From Octopus sinensis (taxonomy: Eukaryota): a stretch of DNA of 64,000 nucleotides. The notes under the pieces are model-generated. The model was not told the origin of the DNA and did not search any database. It was given only the letters and a program-made list of their open reading frames with translations. Within the stretch, counting starts at the first letter, position 1, and each line of letters opens with the position of its first letter. This document shows positions 10,391 to 24,334 of this stretch, one piece after another. The translations under genes were made by a program, and so were the position numbers. The stretch lies in contig NC_043005.1 of NCBI RefSeq assembly GCF_006345805.1, positions 45,322,001 to 45,386,000 of the forward strand, written 5' to 3'.

Positions 10391-10820
10391 AAGGTGGTGA
10401 GCTGACAGAATCATTACCATGCTAGACAAAATGCTTAACGGTATTTCGTGTGTCTTCACATTCTGAGTTCAAATTCCACTGGGGCTGACTTTGCCTCTCA
10501 TCCCTTCAGACACTGGAGTCGATATAATTGGCTTACCCCACCCCCAAAATCTCCACAAGGCTCCGGCAGGAGGTGGTGGCAAACCCTGCTGTATTCTTTT
10601 ACCACATCTTTCTCTCACTCTCTCTTCCTGTTTCTGTTGTACCTGTATTTCAAAGGGCCAGCCTTGTCACACACTGTGTCATGCTGAATCTCCCCGAGAA
10701 CTACACTACGTTAAGGGTACACATGTCTATGGAATGCTCAGCCACTTGCACGTTAATTTGACGAGCAGGTTGTTCTATTGATTGGATCAACTGGAACCCT
10801 CATTGTCATAACCGACAGTG
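10391..10820 (+). mobile_element. SINE family A head with an extended or different 3' region
   Basis: AAGGTGGTGAGCTGACAGAAT head and GTTCAAATTCC B box, followed by ~270 bp not shared with the short A copies. Confidence 0.6.
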
Positions 10821-11574
10821 CTATGATATATGTTGTTGCTGCTGCCAACTCTGTTATGTGGCTTGTCTTTTACTAACATAGTATTGCCTGAAGGAAGTCT
10901 GCTAATACAAAACTTTATTTCTTTGTGGAGTTTAGTGATTACCTTGTTTGTATTCTTCAGGCCGCTTCAGGATACTTTTGTTTTTTTTTTGTTTTTCTGT
11001 CTTTTTTTGTTTGCTTGTTTTTTTTCTTTTAGAAGTCTTAAAAATTTTATTCCTAGCATGTTGGTGATGTGTTACTTTTGTTCAGCTTTTATCTACTCTG
11101 AAAACTGGAATTTCATTGGTGATCACAAAAATAACAGCATGTATTATGTACTTGATAAAATTATTAATATGCAGTTATGTCTAATATGCAAACAGATTAA
11201 TATCAATAAATAGAATGTTTGTATATATTTCCATGATTTTTAAATAAAAATTATACTATCTTATGATTTATCTACAGGAAATGATTTTTTTATTGAGTCA
11301 CCATATATATCAAACGAATATATAGATAACATTATTCAGTCTTGTAATATCTGTACTTGAAAAACAAAAAACATAACAATAAAATATTGACATCTTAATT
11401 CTATTTGAAGATCTACATCATATTCAATAATAAATGCCATGGAAATATTATTTCAGTGAATTTGATTTAAACTTGTTAAATTTTTAAGAAACATATTAAC
11501 ATTAAAAGCATTTTTTAAAGATCTATAATTTGGTATCAATGAAATTTCTGTGTCACTCATCCTTATCATAATCA

Positions 11575-11869
11575 TCATCATCATCATTGGTTTGACATCC
11601 ATTTTCCCATGCTTCCATGAGACAGAGAGGATTCACTGAGGTAGACTTTCCCCAACCCTCACCCATTTCCCACTAAAGTAATATTTCTCCATGGCTTGAC
11701 ATGCTTTCATGGAAGAATGGAAATGAATGTCACTGCTTGTGTTATGGTAACACTTGTTAACAAGCATCATGTGATGCCAAGACAAGGAGACAATCACACA
11801 TGCACACAGACATGCATATGTGTGTTTGTGCATGTATGAGAGAGAGAGTGTGTGTGTGTGTGTGTGTGT

Positions 11870-11903
<34 letters not shown>

Positions 11904-12060
11904 GAGGCTTTTAGTTTTTCATCTACCAAATCTGTTCGCAAGGCTTTGGTAAACCCTAAACTACAATAGTAGTTTTCTTGCCTAATATACCTTGCATTGA
12001 AGTTGAACCTAAAACCATGTAGTTAGGAAGTAAACTTCTTAACCAAACAGCCATGTTTGG
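11575..12060 (-). mobile_element. Composite SINE: family B head + microsatellite + RTE-like (GAT)n tail
   Basis: 11890-12060 matches the B head in reverse; a CA/TG tract follows; the tail ends in (CAT)n on the plus strand, like family D tails. Confidence 0.6.
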
Positions 12061-13973
12061 CCTATCTCGTCATAATTTTAAAAAAAATTAAGACTGTCAT
12101 TGAAGGTACAACTTGTCCAAAAAACAAAAAAGAGAGAAAGCACTGCATTATTGAAAGCCAATTAAATAGCTCTTAGATTTTTACATAAAAGTCAATTTGA
12201 GTATATATCATTACAAATAACTTGTCATGTTTTAGATTTTTCCTGATGAGTAAGGATACCTACCCTACTTAACTCTGAACTGTGTATTTACTTAACATTT
12301 GTAAAATGCCAACAAATTTGTAAGCAGTCGTCTATATAAATTAAGTAGTCTTTATTAATTACATTGTCATTTCAAAAGGCATCTCTTTCTGTTTGTCAGC
12401 AACCAAAATGAACAGGCAAACAACTCTGTCAGTAGTGGTACCATCCATAGCAAATCTTCAAACCTGAAGAGTCTACTATTGACTAAGGCACAAAAGAATC
12501 AGTGAGGAGGTTTTTACACTTACTGACACTGCATGTTGTATTGTGCTGAAAGCTACCCAGCTCTAAGTAGGTACCAGCAAAGGTATAAATTCACTGAAAT
12601 AAGTATCAACCACACAGTCGTTTATTGCATTGCTGTACTGAGGTCAGTACTTCCTACAGAAAAAGCTAGTTAAAATTCCAACATCTAATCTAGGAGATTT
12701 TTACCTTTCATACATTTCACATTTGAATTGAATTCAAGTTCTGTAAGATGGTAGTCTAATACAATATGCACTCGATTATTCCACTTCCACAGTGTTGCAC
12801 AAATCTAATAGGAATCATCCAGTGAACTGCTTTGTTGTTCAAAGGTTGATAGAGATTAACCCACCAAGTGTCTGTTAAAAACCGGCAAGAACTAACCAAA
12901 ACAATATACATTTAAAATAGGTAGATATTAGGAAGATATTAGTGGTTGGCATTTAAGAAAATGCAAGGACAATCATCTTCATCATCATTTAATGTCCCTT
13001 TTCAGATCTGGCATGGGTTGGACTGTTTGAGAGGAACTGATAAAGCTGGGGGCCCACACCAAGCTCCATGCCAAAACAATGTTTACATATGTCTGCTTCA
13101 ATTCTAGAAAAGTTAAATTCTAGAACCTCTAAAGTTCCTATGAATCCTCCGAGATGAGCCACATTTCTGATCCCACAAAACACTGGATGTTCCCTGTCAG
13201 CCTGGTTTTACAGTACAGTGCAAAAAAAATGCTTAATATAAATTCCATTGAATGCTGCTGACCATAGTTGTGCAAAAAGTAGCCTGTGTACATGTTTGTA
13301 GCCTGTTTGTCATTACACCTCCATCATTACACATGACAGTACACTACACTTGTGTGTATGCAATGTATCTTATACACAAACTCAAGACTTGTGTAAATTT
13401 GTGTGTGTGTGTGCACTCATTCAGACATATCTTTAGGCTTTGTTTTTCAACCTTATAACCAAATTTCCATTTTATTGTAAGTTGGTAGAAAAAAAACTAC
13501 ACGAAATGTGCTTCCCATTGTATCACAAAAATAATATTGCTTTCAGAAAACTTGTCACTAAAAGAAATAATTATTGTCAAAGATTTTTCTTTTTGTCCAA
13601 TTCCATTTCATTTCTATCTTTACCATCTTATTGTTTCTGCTGTTTGCTTCTAGTGAGCATTGACAGCCAAAGTTCTCTCTCTCTCTCTCTCTCTCTCTCA
13701 ACTACATAGCCTGACTATGATCTCATTGCATCTCTTGTGCACCTAAATTTTATGTTTGATGCACAGTTCAGAGTTCTTATCTCCCTGATAGCAGTAGAGC
13801 CTGTCTTCTTTTCTGCTTACTATAAGTTTTTGGTAGGTTTTCTTTAAGGCGTTTTGATTCTTGGCTTAGCTCCTACATTTCAGAACTTCTCAAATCAAAA
13901 TTTCTTCTTTAATTTCTCTTTGTTTTGGGGATCATATCCATACTGCATTTAGTAGGATATTTTATTTCTTTAA

Positions 13974-14549
13974 TCCATTAGTATTTAAACTGACCACATC
14001 TGACCAAAATAGTTTACATTTTTTAAACTTTCAAACTGGCCAGATCTTACACCTCTTACACCTATCCTACAATCTATTTCTAACAATCACATCATCAAAA
14101 TTTCACAGCTACAAGATAATGCATGAGTAATTCAAAGCAACGTAAATAAATAAGTATTACATTTGACAGGGGAGGCACATGGCTCAGTGGTTAGAGCATC
14201 AGGCTCACACTTACGAGGTAGTTTGATTCCTGGACTGGGCTGTGTGTTGTGTTCTTGAACAAGGCATTTTATTTGATGTTGCTCCTGTTCACTCAGCTGT
14301 AAAAATGAGCTTCGATGTCACTGGTACCAAGCTGTATCGGCCTTTGCCTTTCTCTTGGATAACATTGGTGGCATGGAGGTGGGTGGCTAGTATGCATGGG
14401 TGACTGATTGGCCTTCCACAAACAACTTTGTCTGAACTTGTGCCTCAGAGGGTAACTTTCTATTTTCAATCTCATGGTCATTCACAACCATTACCCTTTT
14501 TACCTATTACCCTTTTAACATTTGACAGAATCATTTGAATGCTAAAGAA
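13974..14549. mobile_element. Family E MITE interrupted by SINE C
   Basis: TTAA at 13970-13973 and 14550-14553; body homologous to 29801-30014; split by the 14170-14517 insertion. Confidence 0.7.
14170..14517 (+). mobile_element. Full-length SINE family C with 11-bp TSD
   Basis: ACATTTGACAG at 14159-14169 and 14518-14528; head TGGCTCAGTGGTTAGAGC (A box); TTACCCTT-repeat tail. Confidence 0.85.
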
Positions 14550-14953
14550 TTAAACAATATTCTATTTAGTTGTTTATTTATGCAAGAAGTTTGGTTCATT
14601 TGTGTTGTTTTATTTTTTTAAATCATTATCACTATGTTAACTGCTGCGTAATGGCTTTATTTGAATTGATGCATAACGTATATACACAATATAATAGTTA
14701 TATATTGTTGAGGTAATTAACCATGTATTCCTTGATTGTCATGCTAGAGGATTTGAGTATGGCAGAAACTAAACCATGAACTTGTTCACCAATTTCCTGG
14801 ATGTTTAATACTATGCCAATTAACCATTATTAAGGCTGCTGACTGTGTTCAAGTATCTCTTGCCCTGGGCATATCACAACAACAGCATATTGTGAGTCTT
14901 CAATCAAAATTGTTATGATACCACCACCACCACAATTATCATCATCATCATCG

Positions 14954-14998
<45 letters not shown>

Positions 14999-15480
14999 CC
15001 ACCGATTGCTACCTCCACCTCCTCTTTCTAAAACACTGTAGTGTGGTGATAAGCTTACTTCAAACCTTATTTATGGTTTGTAAATGTTAAAATACTTGTT
15101 CTTTATATAAACAGGCTCATCATTTTCTTCTGTGTATTAAGTAGAAGTTTGTTGGCTTATGAGTTCCATTGAAGGCTAGTGCATAAAGAAAGATAGTAAA
15201 TGGATTTAATACTGTGTGATGGAAAACTGGCTGTACAGTTAGTGTTGTGCTTCACAAAAATGTATACAACAACAAGCATCTTAAGGTCATTTTTCCCTGC
15301 TGAAGCTGAAGTTAAACTCACAAGCTCCATGGCAGTCTCTTCCGTTTTTAAAGCAGCCCATTTGGGAAATGAGCCCTGCAAGGCGCAATGACTGCTCCAA
15401 CAAGTGTCACTGGCCATTCTGCATGTTAGTGCCATCGCAGTCATTGTCACAGTATACAGCTGAGCACACCATTTGTTTCA

Positions 15481-15712
15481 AAGGCGGCGAGCTGGCATAA
15501 ACGTTAGCACGCCGGGCGAAATGCGTAGCCGTATTTCGTCTGTCGTTACGTTCTGAGTTCAAATTCCGCCGAGGTCGACTTTGCCTTTCATCCTTTCGGG
15601 GTCGATAAATAAAGTACCAGTTTCCAACTGGGTCGATGTAATCAACTTAATCCCTTTGTCTGTCCTTGTTTGTCTCCTCTATGTTTAGCCCCTTGTGGGC
15701 AGTAAAGAAATA
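15481..15712 (+). mobile_element. Young, CpG-intact SINE family A with 11-bp TSD
   Basis: CATTTGTTTCA at 15470-15480 and 15713-15723; A-box-like GAGCTGGCA and B box GAGTTCAAATTCC; many CpGs retained. Confidence 0.92.
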
Positions 15713-16310
15713 CATTTGTTTCAGAGTGTGTGGCCCATATTCCCTTCCACCTCCATCTTCTACTGCTTTACCCTCCCCATCCTACTTTTTTTCTTTTCCT
15801 TTTTTTTTCTCCTGTTTCTTTGTATTTAAACATTATTATTTAATGCGATCTGTTGTATAATTGACTGCAGAAATATACAATACCATTCTGTTTTTGCCCT
15901 GTTCACTACATTCTCGGTACCAACTCCATCTCTTTCTTCAACCCTATCATTTTTAGCTATGTCTTTCCCTATTTTCCTCTACATCATTTCAGACATTTTC
16001 ATGTAATTACACCATTTCATTCCATTTCTCTTAATAACATCCATCACAGGTTATTCATTCTGAAACATATGTATACCAGGTTATTAATCTCGCAATACCT
16101 AAGTGATACATATATATATATATAAAATCTTGTCTCCATCTATTCCATCTATTTTATTCATACTGTTACCCCAACTGCCACTATGAAGTTCCCGCAATAA
16201 ATCTACGGATTACAACAGGTAATCGATACTGTACTGGTACTTTACTCATCATCTATTTATACATTTTGTATAATTTCTCCATTATTTATATATATATATA
16301 TATATATATA

Positions 16311-16621
16311 TCATCATCATCATTTAACATCCACTTTCCATGCTAGCATGGGTTGGACGGTTCAACTGGGGTCAGGGAAGCCAGAAGGCTGCACCAGGCC
16401 CAGTCTGATCTGGCAGTGTTTCTACAACTGGATGCCCTTCCTAACGCCAGCCACTCCATGAGTGTAGTGGGTGCTTTTTACGTGCCACTGGCAAGGAGGC
16501 CAGACGAGGCTGGCAACGGCCACAATCGGATGGTGCTTTTTACATGCCACCGGCACGGAGGCCAGTCGGGATGGCGCTGGCAACGCCCACATTCGGATGG
16601 TTCTCTTACATGCCACCGGCA
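16311..16621 (-). mobile_element. RTE-type LINE 3' tail (family D) with ~60-bp internal repeats
   Basis: Contains GGATGCCCTTCCTAACGCC (reverse of the GGCGTTAGGAAGGGCATCC motif typical of RTE/Expander-like tails) and a (CAT)n end. Confidence 0.75.
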
Positions 16622-16629
16622 TATATAGT

Positions 16630-16664
<35 letters not shown>

Positions 16665-16665
<1 letters not shown>

Positions 16666-16890
16666 TTTGTGTATGTGTGTGTCTGTTCCCCACCACTGCT
16701 TGGCAACTAGTGTCAGTTTGTTTACACCCCCCTTAACCTAGCAGTTCAGCAAAAAAGAGATCTGATTGAATGAATACCAGATTTAAAAAAAAAAAAATTA
16801 AGCTCCAGAGTTGATTTGTTTGTCAAAACCCTTCAAGACAGTGCCCTGGCGTGGCCACAACTTAATGACTAAAACAAGTAAAAAATAAAA
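16665..16890 (+). mobile_element. SINE family B 3' half
   Basis: Homologous to 60000-60212; ends ACTAAAACAAGTAAAAAATAAAA. Confidence 0.7.
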
Positions 16891-17553
16891 GAAAAGGAAT
16901 GAGAGTGCTCAACTCCCAATCCACCAGAACACAATCTTCTTTCACTACTAAACTTACAAACCTTTGTCATTTCCTTCATCCTCCCTACAACTTTCTGCTG
17001 CTCTACTTCATGGAAACATGCAATAAGTGATTTTTTGAGATAAACTATTAGCATTTAGTCCTGCTTGCTGCTTTTTTTCAGAATCATGGTTCTTTAGCTT
17101 GAGTTCTTCAACTTTTCCACAGAATTCACAGACTAATAATGGTCATGTATCTTTTTAACTTGAAAGCAGTTACTTCCTATACTAAGCAAACAGAGAGTCA
17201 GCAAATAACAATGAGAATCTATCTGGTTGTATTTTTATCTTTCATTCATGCAGTAAAATGTTTTATGGATATATTTACTTTATAATATAGCTGAAGTGTT
17301 TGCTGTCTTCTAATTATGTGTGTTATTGATTTATAGTTTAAAAATTGGATGAAAAAGAGGAACCATTTCTAATTTTAATGTGTATTTTTGTTATTTGCTA
17401 ATGGCATTGATACTTTTAGGAAATATTTCCAGAATTGGTTTTATTCTAGTGTTATCCATAAAGAAAATTATGTAGCAGAGCCTTATAAAACCTTTTCTGT
17501 TATTTTTGTTATTTCAACTCTTGCTGTTTTATGAAATAGGAAATTTTTTTTTT

Positions 17554-17599
<46 letters not shown>

Positions 17600-18660
17600 G
17601 TTGTTGATTTTTTGTTTTTAATATTTTATTGGGCATTGACTGAACTAACGTAATCTATAGCTCTTTTATGAAATCAATACAAAAAGTATTGTGCTGCTAT
17701 TCAGCTTTTAATGTTTAATTCTAATGGCTGATGAAAAACTCTTCATTGTTAGTTTAGCATCTCAGATTGTAAAAACACATATGCATACTTTTCTTTCATT
17801 AAATCAGCAAAAGTATATTTAATTCCTGCTACTTTTCTGTTCATTATTTTTGAATGTTAGAATGAATATGAGGAAATAGTTGCTTTATAATTAATCTGTC
17901 CAACAAATCATATTTTACAAGCCTGAGAGTTATGATGTTCTTGGCTTACAGTCGTATTTGGATTCTTTCACTCTGTTACTCCTTTATCTTTAATACCTAC
18001 TTTACATGGAAAAACTAGCTCTATGTGACAATATTAAATTGTCGCATTTTAGGAAACCTGCTCTATTGACAATATTAAATTTCTGTTATTCCAAAGATCA
18101 CTGGCTTTGAGATTGTTGACACCTGTTAGTCTTAATATTTTTATATTTAAGCTGAAAAACTCTTTTTTTTTCCACTTTGTAAGGCTTAATTGTGCTTAAA
18201 GAATGGCCTAGAAGGAATTATTAGTTTATTTGCCTGAAATGATTAAAACAAACCAAAGTCCAAGAATTCAATCACACAACCATGAAGATAATAAGTAGTG
18301 TTTTTTAATTGCTTAATAGTCTATTATGTTACTATATGGCTCTTTAAAATTATATACTTACACTCCCCACCACCACCACTGTTCCCTATGAGTAAGCCCA
18401 TCCACACTCTCTCTCTTTCTCTTTCTCTCTCTCTTTCTCTCTCTCTGACTATGTCTATCTTTTTTCCACCTCATTTTTCTTGTTTGTCCGGTGGTCAAGT
18501 ATCTCTCTCCCCTGTAGTAAGACAGCTATCCTTGTCCTTCTCTCATTTTTCCTCCAAGATTTTAATTATTTGTAGTTATTCAGTTTATTGTTCCATAATG
18601 AGTAAGAGAAAAGTAAGAGCAAGTTTTAATAAGCCTGGCAGAATTTATAGTAGATTATCT

Positions 18661-19035
18661 TTTATCTTCTTTTACTTGGTTTAGTCACTGGACTGCGGCC
18701 ATGCTAGGGTACTGCCATGAAGGGCTTAGTTGAACAGATCAACCACAGTACTAACTTTTAAACCAGGTACTTATTCTATCAGACTTTTTTTGTCAATCTG
18801 CTATGTTACAGGGACATAAACATGCCAACACCAGTTGTCAAGCCATAGGCAGGGAAAACAAACGCTCACATGTCTAGCTATATACATATGATGGGCTCCT
18901 CTTTCTGTCTCCCATATCCATTACAAGCCTTTATTTGGCCCAAGGTTATTGTAGAAGACACTTCCTTAAGTTGCCACACAATGGGACTGAACCCAGTATC
19001 ATGTGGCTGGGAAGTAAACTTCTTACCTACCAAAA
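18661..19035 (-). mobile_element. SINE family B, near full length
   Basis: Reverse complement follows 59817-60212 module by module. Confidence 0.75.
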
Positions 19036-21164
19036 TCATCAAAAATAAGTATAGAAACGGTAAATAACATTATGAAAACCATTAAAATACAATATGCTTG
19101 TGTACCGTGATAAGAGATGGTTCCTTACATTCCAAGTAGATCCCTTTTTAGAAGATTTTTGTAGGGTTATGGTTTTGTTGAATGTGAAATTTCTGGAAAC
19201 AAAATTTGATTAATAGAAGGTGTGTCTAAAGAAATTAATGTAGTGAGCCTGCAGTTGTTAACAATCCCAAAATTAGGCTAGCATAATACATTAGCAAATA
19301 GTATCTTTTAATAACACAGTGGATATTGTTCTGTCAGTATTTTATTCTGTGTTTTCATTATTTCATTTTCTATTTCAAATTTGTCTTCTCTTTTCCTTTT
19401 TTTCCAAATAACCTCTTCGCCTGTCTTGATGATTTTAAAACAGTAATGAAAAAAATTGCAGTTATGTTTGAAAGATCAAATTAATTTATTGTAGCATAAT
19501 TTGAAACGAAACATACTTGTTTATGTGTCACTATAGGTATAATATTACTGTCTACTGTTCAATTTTACATGAAAGTAGTTTCCAACTGGGATAGATGGTT
19601 TACCATATCACCCCTGAAGCCGCCTCATTTATTCATATTCATTTCCAAGTATTTTTCAGGTCAACAGACAGTCGTTGAACTGTTTAGATGAGATAGTTAC
19701 GTGCATGTCTATGTTACATTGTAATTACTTCTACTCATAAATAGACCCCTTCCTTTCTCCTATTACATAATATAGCTAACCTCACTTGAGTATTATATTC
19801 CACAGATACACTTTCTCTTGTATATATATTTGCCTGCTAGCCTCTCTTACTCCTTTCTCTCTTCAAATTTCTGCAATTTTTATTGATTTTAATTCTAACT
19901 TTCACATTCTTCCACTCTTACTATGTTGAACTCTTAACTCCAATGATCACCTACAGTAGCAGTTGCTAAATATAGAATTGCCTGACTTGCAAATCGGCAA
20001 GCTTTCTGTTGTAATCAGAATTTAATCTGACCGCTTTTCTTGTAGATCCCATTTATTTATCAACTGTTCAAGATTATCATTTTCTTTTTCTTAATATACA
20101 TTTTGTTGTTTAAGTGAAACTTCTATAGCCTCTTTGTGCAATTATCTCTTTTATGACTGTTTTGTTGTTTTGGGTGCGTTCATTTTTTTTTTTTCAAATG
20201 CATCTTACATTAATTAGCGATGTTGACATTAATCATTCTACCATGCATTTGTCTAGCTAATGGAAGGGAAGTATGTGTTTAAAAGATACTGCATCTATCA
20301 AAATGTAAACTGTTTTTTGTTTGTTTGTTGTTGTTGTTGGTATAAGAAAATAATATTCTACCACATAAATTTCATCTCCATTATTTTGTATTCAATATCC
20401 TACCAATTACAATCAAGTCTGAAATCCATTAATGTAATACCTTTTATAATTTTTGTCTAGCCTTTTTATAAGAAGGTGGTGATGGCCAAAAATAGACTTC
20501 TTTTGCTTCTTAACAGATTTGATATTATGCAACCTTTGTGATTTTCCTTCATAGAACTAATATTGAAAGCATGAAATTTCTGTAAGAAAATTTCAGGTTA
20601 ATTTTGGGTTTTTGTGAAAACAGTCACATAGTGAGATTTTTAAGTGTTTCATTCTTCTGTTTACTTAAAAATTAAAAGTGAAGCAAGTTTTTTAATGCTA
20701 GGAAATTACAAAATTATGTTGATATTTTTTACTAGTCAGTATCTTGAAATTTAGTTTTTTGATCAAAAATATAAAAATATAGTGGCCTTTTTTTATTATT
20801 GTTTTACAGTAGATTTGTCTGGTAAGGATTACAGCTTCAGAGTAGAGTTGTACATGTTTAGCTCTAATGATTTAAATTCGTATCATAACAAAATGACATC
20901 ATTTATTGAACCTATGCCATAATAGTAATACTGATCTCAGTAAGCCAAACACATCTAAGAGCTACGTAAAGGTTCAAGAACTTCAAGACTCTTAGTTCAG
21001 TACCCTTTGAGCCTGTGTTATCAGATAACATAGTCACCTCAAGCTGAATTAGAAATTCTGGCAGATTATAAAATTTTCTTCATTAATGTCAAAGGACCAA
21101 GATACCTGGCCATACTCATGACAACCCATACCCCACAGCAAAACTGTTAAAACCAATCATTATG

Positions 21165-21557
21165 GCTGTTCCACATAGAAAGTGCCCATGCAGCACCCAT
21201 GTTGTGCCACGTAAAAGTGCCCATGCAGTGTCACTTAAAAGTGCCCATGTGGAGTCACATAAAAGCACCTGTGTGGTGCCACATAAAGTGCCCAAGTTGT
21301 GCCACATAAAAGTGCCCATGCAGTGCCATGTAAAAGCACCTGTGTGGCGCTGTATAAAAGTGCTCATGCAATGCCATGTAAAAGCACTCAGCACACTCTG
21401 TAAAGTGGTTGGTGTTAGGAAGAGCATCCAGCTGTAGAGACCATACCAAATCAGACTGGGGTTTGGTGCAACCCCTGCCTCCCAGCTTACCAGCTCTGGT
21501 CACACCATCCAACCCAAGCCAGCATGGACAATAGACATTAAATGATGATGATGATGA
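21165..21557 (+). mobile_element. Family D RTE-type tail with ~20-bp minisatellite
   Basis: About 10 units of GTGCCAYRTAAAAGYRCC, then GTTGGTGTTAGGAAGAGCATCCAGC and (GAT)n. Confidence 0.75.
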
Positions 21558-21709
21558 ATGGTGAAAAGTAGCTTAGTGACATTGACAAACCATCAATCTA
21601 ACTTCCAACTCTTTGTCATGAGGATGAAATTTCTCATTAACACATTGTTTTCACAATTTTCTTTCTGTTATAGTTACTTTTTGTATTTTTTAATTATTTA
21701 TTTATTCAG

Positions 21710-21853
21710 TGTGTCTTTCTTGTGCAGTTTGTAAAATATGTAGATGTTCTGATCTAAAAGTTTAAGGTGGTATACATTCTGCTTAAACATATCTTGATTC
21801 TCACTTGTTGATAGCAGTTTGGCAAGAAGCTCAGTAAAGAATTTAGTGTGCAG
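21710..21853 (+). other. Candidate non-coding (5'UTR) exon
   Basis: T-rich tract + CAG acceptor (21709 or 21727) and a strong CAG|GTAAGC donor at 21853/21854; stops in all three frames. No transcript evidence. Confidence 0.3.
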
Positions 21854-21959
21854 GTAAGCATCTGTCAAGGCTCTATTCTCTACTCCCTCCTGTTTTGTAA
21901 TGGCTCTCCAGTGCAAAAAAGAAGAGTTGAAGAATAGCTGGCTATAGGAACTCTTGTTC

Positions 21960-22110
21960 CTTTACCTTAGTTTCCTAATTTACAATGAAGATAGGTCCTC
22001 CAAAAGTACAGTAGACAGAGTAAGAGCTGGGTGGAAAAGTTCAGAGAGCTATTGGAAACAAAAAAGTTTTCTCTTCAAATGAAGGGAAAATTGTAGGCTA
22101 CTTATGTACA
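21960..22110 (+). mobile_element. RTE-clade LINE RT fragment
   Basis: Frameshifted DRVRAGW / KFRELL / KFSLQMKGKL resembles the RTE motif ARVRIGWxKFRELLP..KGFSLRVKGRLY. Confidence 0.55.
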
Positions 22111-23929
22111 AAGGGAAAAGTATTAAAAACAGGTATAAAATAATGATAATGATAGCATCCGTGTTTTATATATAAAAGTCAAAATATATACACTTCCTGT
22201 TTATCAGATGATGTCAAGAAATGTAACAGGAACTTTTTTCTTTTTGTTCAGATACTAAAGGACATTTTAGTGTTTAGGATGGTTTGATATTCCTCTGAAT
22301 AGATAATTTCTGTTTAAAAACAACAACAGTCAATATTCTAGAGCAGGTCTCACCAACTCGAATTAGCAGATTATTTGCTGAATATAAATGGGAAATAAGT
22401 CAGTTTCAAAACATTGATGTCCAGGTCACAAAAGTAAAGTTTGAAGGGAACAGTTGTCATTTCCTTTGATTAAAAGTAGATAGGAAATATCACTGACCAA
22501 AGACAAAAAAAAGAAAGAAAAATTTTGTAACACAGTGTAATTAATAATCAATCTTTAATAATGTTAATTATGTTAACTGTTATATTAGCTTTTCTTTCAT
22601 GCTAAATTTCAAAGTATGCCCCATGCTTTTGTATATGATTAAGAAATTCTATTTTGGGGGTTTCCAAACAATATCCACAATGATATGACTGACTTTATTT
22701 AATTACTGGTACTTATTTTACCACTTTATAATGTATCAAATGTAAAGATAGCACTGGTTAAATTTGAGATCAGGGCCGAGAGATGAAATTAAATACTGCT
22801 AGATATTTTGTTTCACACTCCACCATGTTGTACCATAATAAAAAAAAAAACACCACTTAACCTCTATGTATGAAATGTCTGAAAGAAATATAATAGATAA
22901 CAGTGTAAACAGGGCTGGAACCAGTAGTGAAGGTGCTATACTTGGCAGGTATCCCATTGAGCAACAGGATGGACTTGGTTGTCAGCCTGCAACTGCTAGC
23001 ATACATGAGGTGAAGCAAAAGTAGAGCAAAGTTTTCGCAAAGTCCTTCAGACTTGAAAAGAACATAAAACTTTAGTTCATGGGAAATGAACAGCTGGTAC
23101 GTCAATGACATCTCCAACAACAAACTGTGTATATCATATAGAATTATTATTATGATGATGATGATGATAATAATAATAAATGCCCTGATGCAATTCCTAG
23201 CAGTGACTCTCATGGCTGCTGACGTGGAAGTGTTAACAGGTATGTGTTTTGCCTTGATGTAAAAGATGGGCCCCAGCAAATATTCTGCTCAATACCACAG
23301 ACATGCTCATCAGTTACTTAATTAGTTGAGCATGTCTCTTAGTAGCTAATGATATGCACATCTCTGATCACAGGCAGGAGCAGTGGGGAATCCTTATAGC
23401 CATCTGTTGGGAGGAATTCTTTGGGGTTTGAATAATTCACCCCTGGAAACATGAGGGGTCTTTGGAGCAGGATGGGTTACATGACCTGAATTCTAAGTGG
23501 GCCCCACCTGCAAGGTCATGCACTGTTTATCCTAATGTGAGGCCACCATGTCATGCACGTGTTTGGTGTACCCCAGCATCATTTGGATGGCACATACTCT
23601 TCTCTCACTCACACTTGAGGTGATGTTTAAGCTGTTATTGGTGGGTTGGAATTGTTAGAATGGCAGAAATAAGTGTCTTGCAGTATTTGTTCTCGTGTTT
23701 TATATTCTGGTTTCAAATCTTACCAAGGTCTACTTTGCCTTTCATCTTTCAGAGTTCGATAAAATGAAATACTAGGTTTTATTTTATTGAATAACCCCAC
23801 TCTTCTGATTTTTATCCTTGTGTCTAGGCAAAACATTTTGTTCCTTCTATTATTATTTTCATATCTTTACTTCCCTATACATATTCTCATGGTTTTCTTT
23901 TGTTTTGCTTCTGGGTTTCATCAGTATTA

Positions 23930-24334
23930 TAGACAACTGACAAGTCCCTTAACCCCTTGGGGGTCGTTGGGGCACTGCAGCCATGCAGTGTATCTAGGGC
24001 TAGAAGGCCTGGCAGAACCCATCCCTCTCCAGGCTAAACTCACTTCTATGGTTGAGTGGACTGGAACAACATGAAATGAAGTGTTTTGCTCAAGAACACA
24101 ACACATTGCCTGATCCAGAAACTGAAACCACAATCTTACAGTTATGAATCCAACACCCTAACCACTAAGCAATGCACCTCCCCTAGTGGTGCTCATTTCT
24201 ATGGCTGAGTGGACTGGAGCAATGTGAAGTGGAGTGTTTTTGGTCAAGAACAACGCATCACCCAGTCCAGTGATCGAAACCAGAATCTTATGATTGTGAG
24301 TTCAACACCCTAACCACTAAGCCACGCACCTCCC
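23930..24334 (-). mobile_element. Two adjacent SINE family C copies (one long, one head only)
   Basis: Two reverse-oriented heads (CCCTAACCACTAAGC at ~24157 and ~24308), each with a TTCTTGAGCAAAACACTT-like body. Confidence 0.7.

Noticed and set aside
21180-21390. CRISPR-like array (also 32110-32405 and 33491-33770)
   Set aside because: Degenerate head-to-tail units without unique spacers, inside eukaryotic LINE tails; no cas genes.
21698-21916. Protein-like minus-strand ORF (72 aa)
   Set aside because: TTG start, no usable minus-strand acceptor and no recognised homology; the splice signals favour the plus strand.
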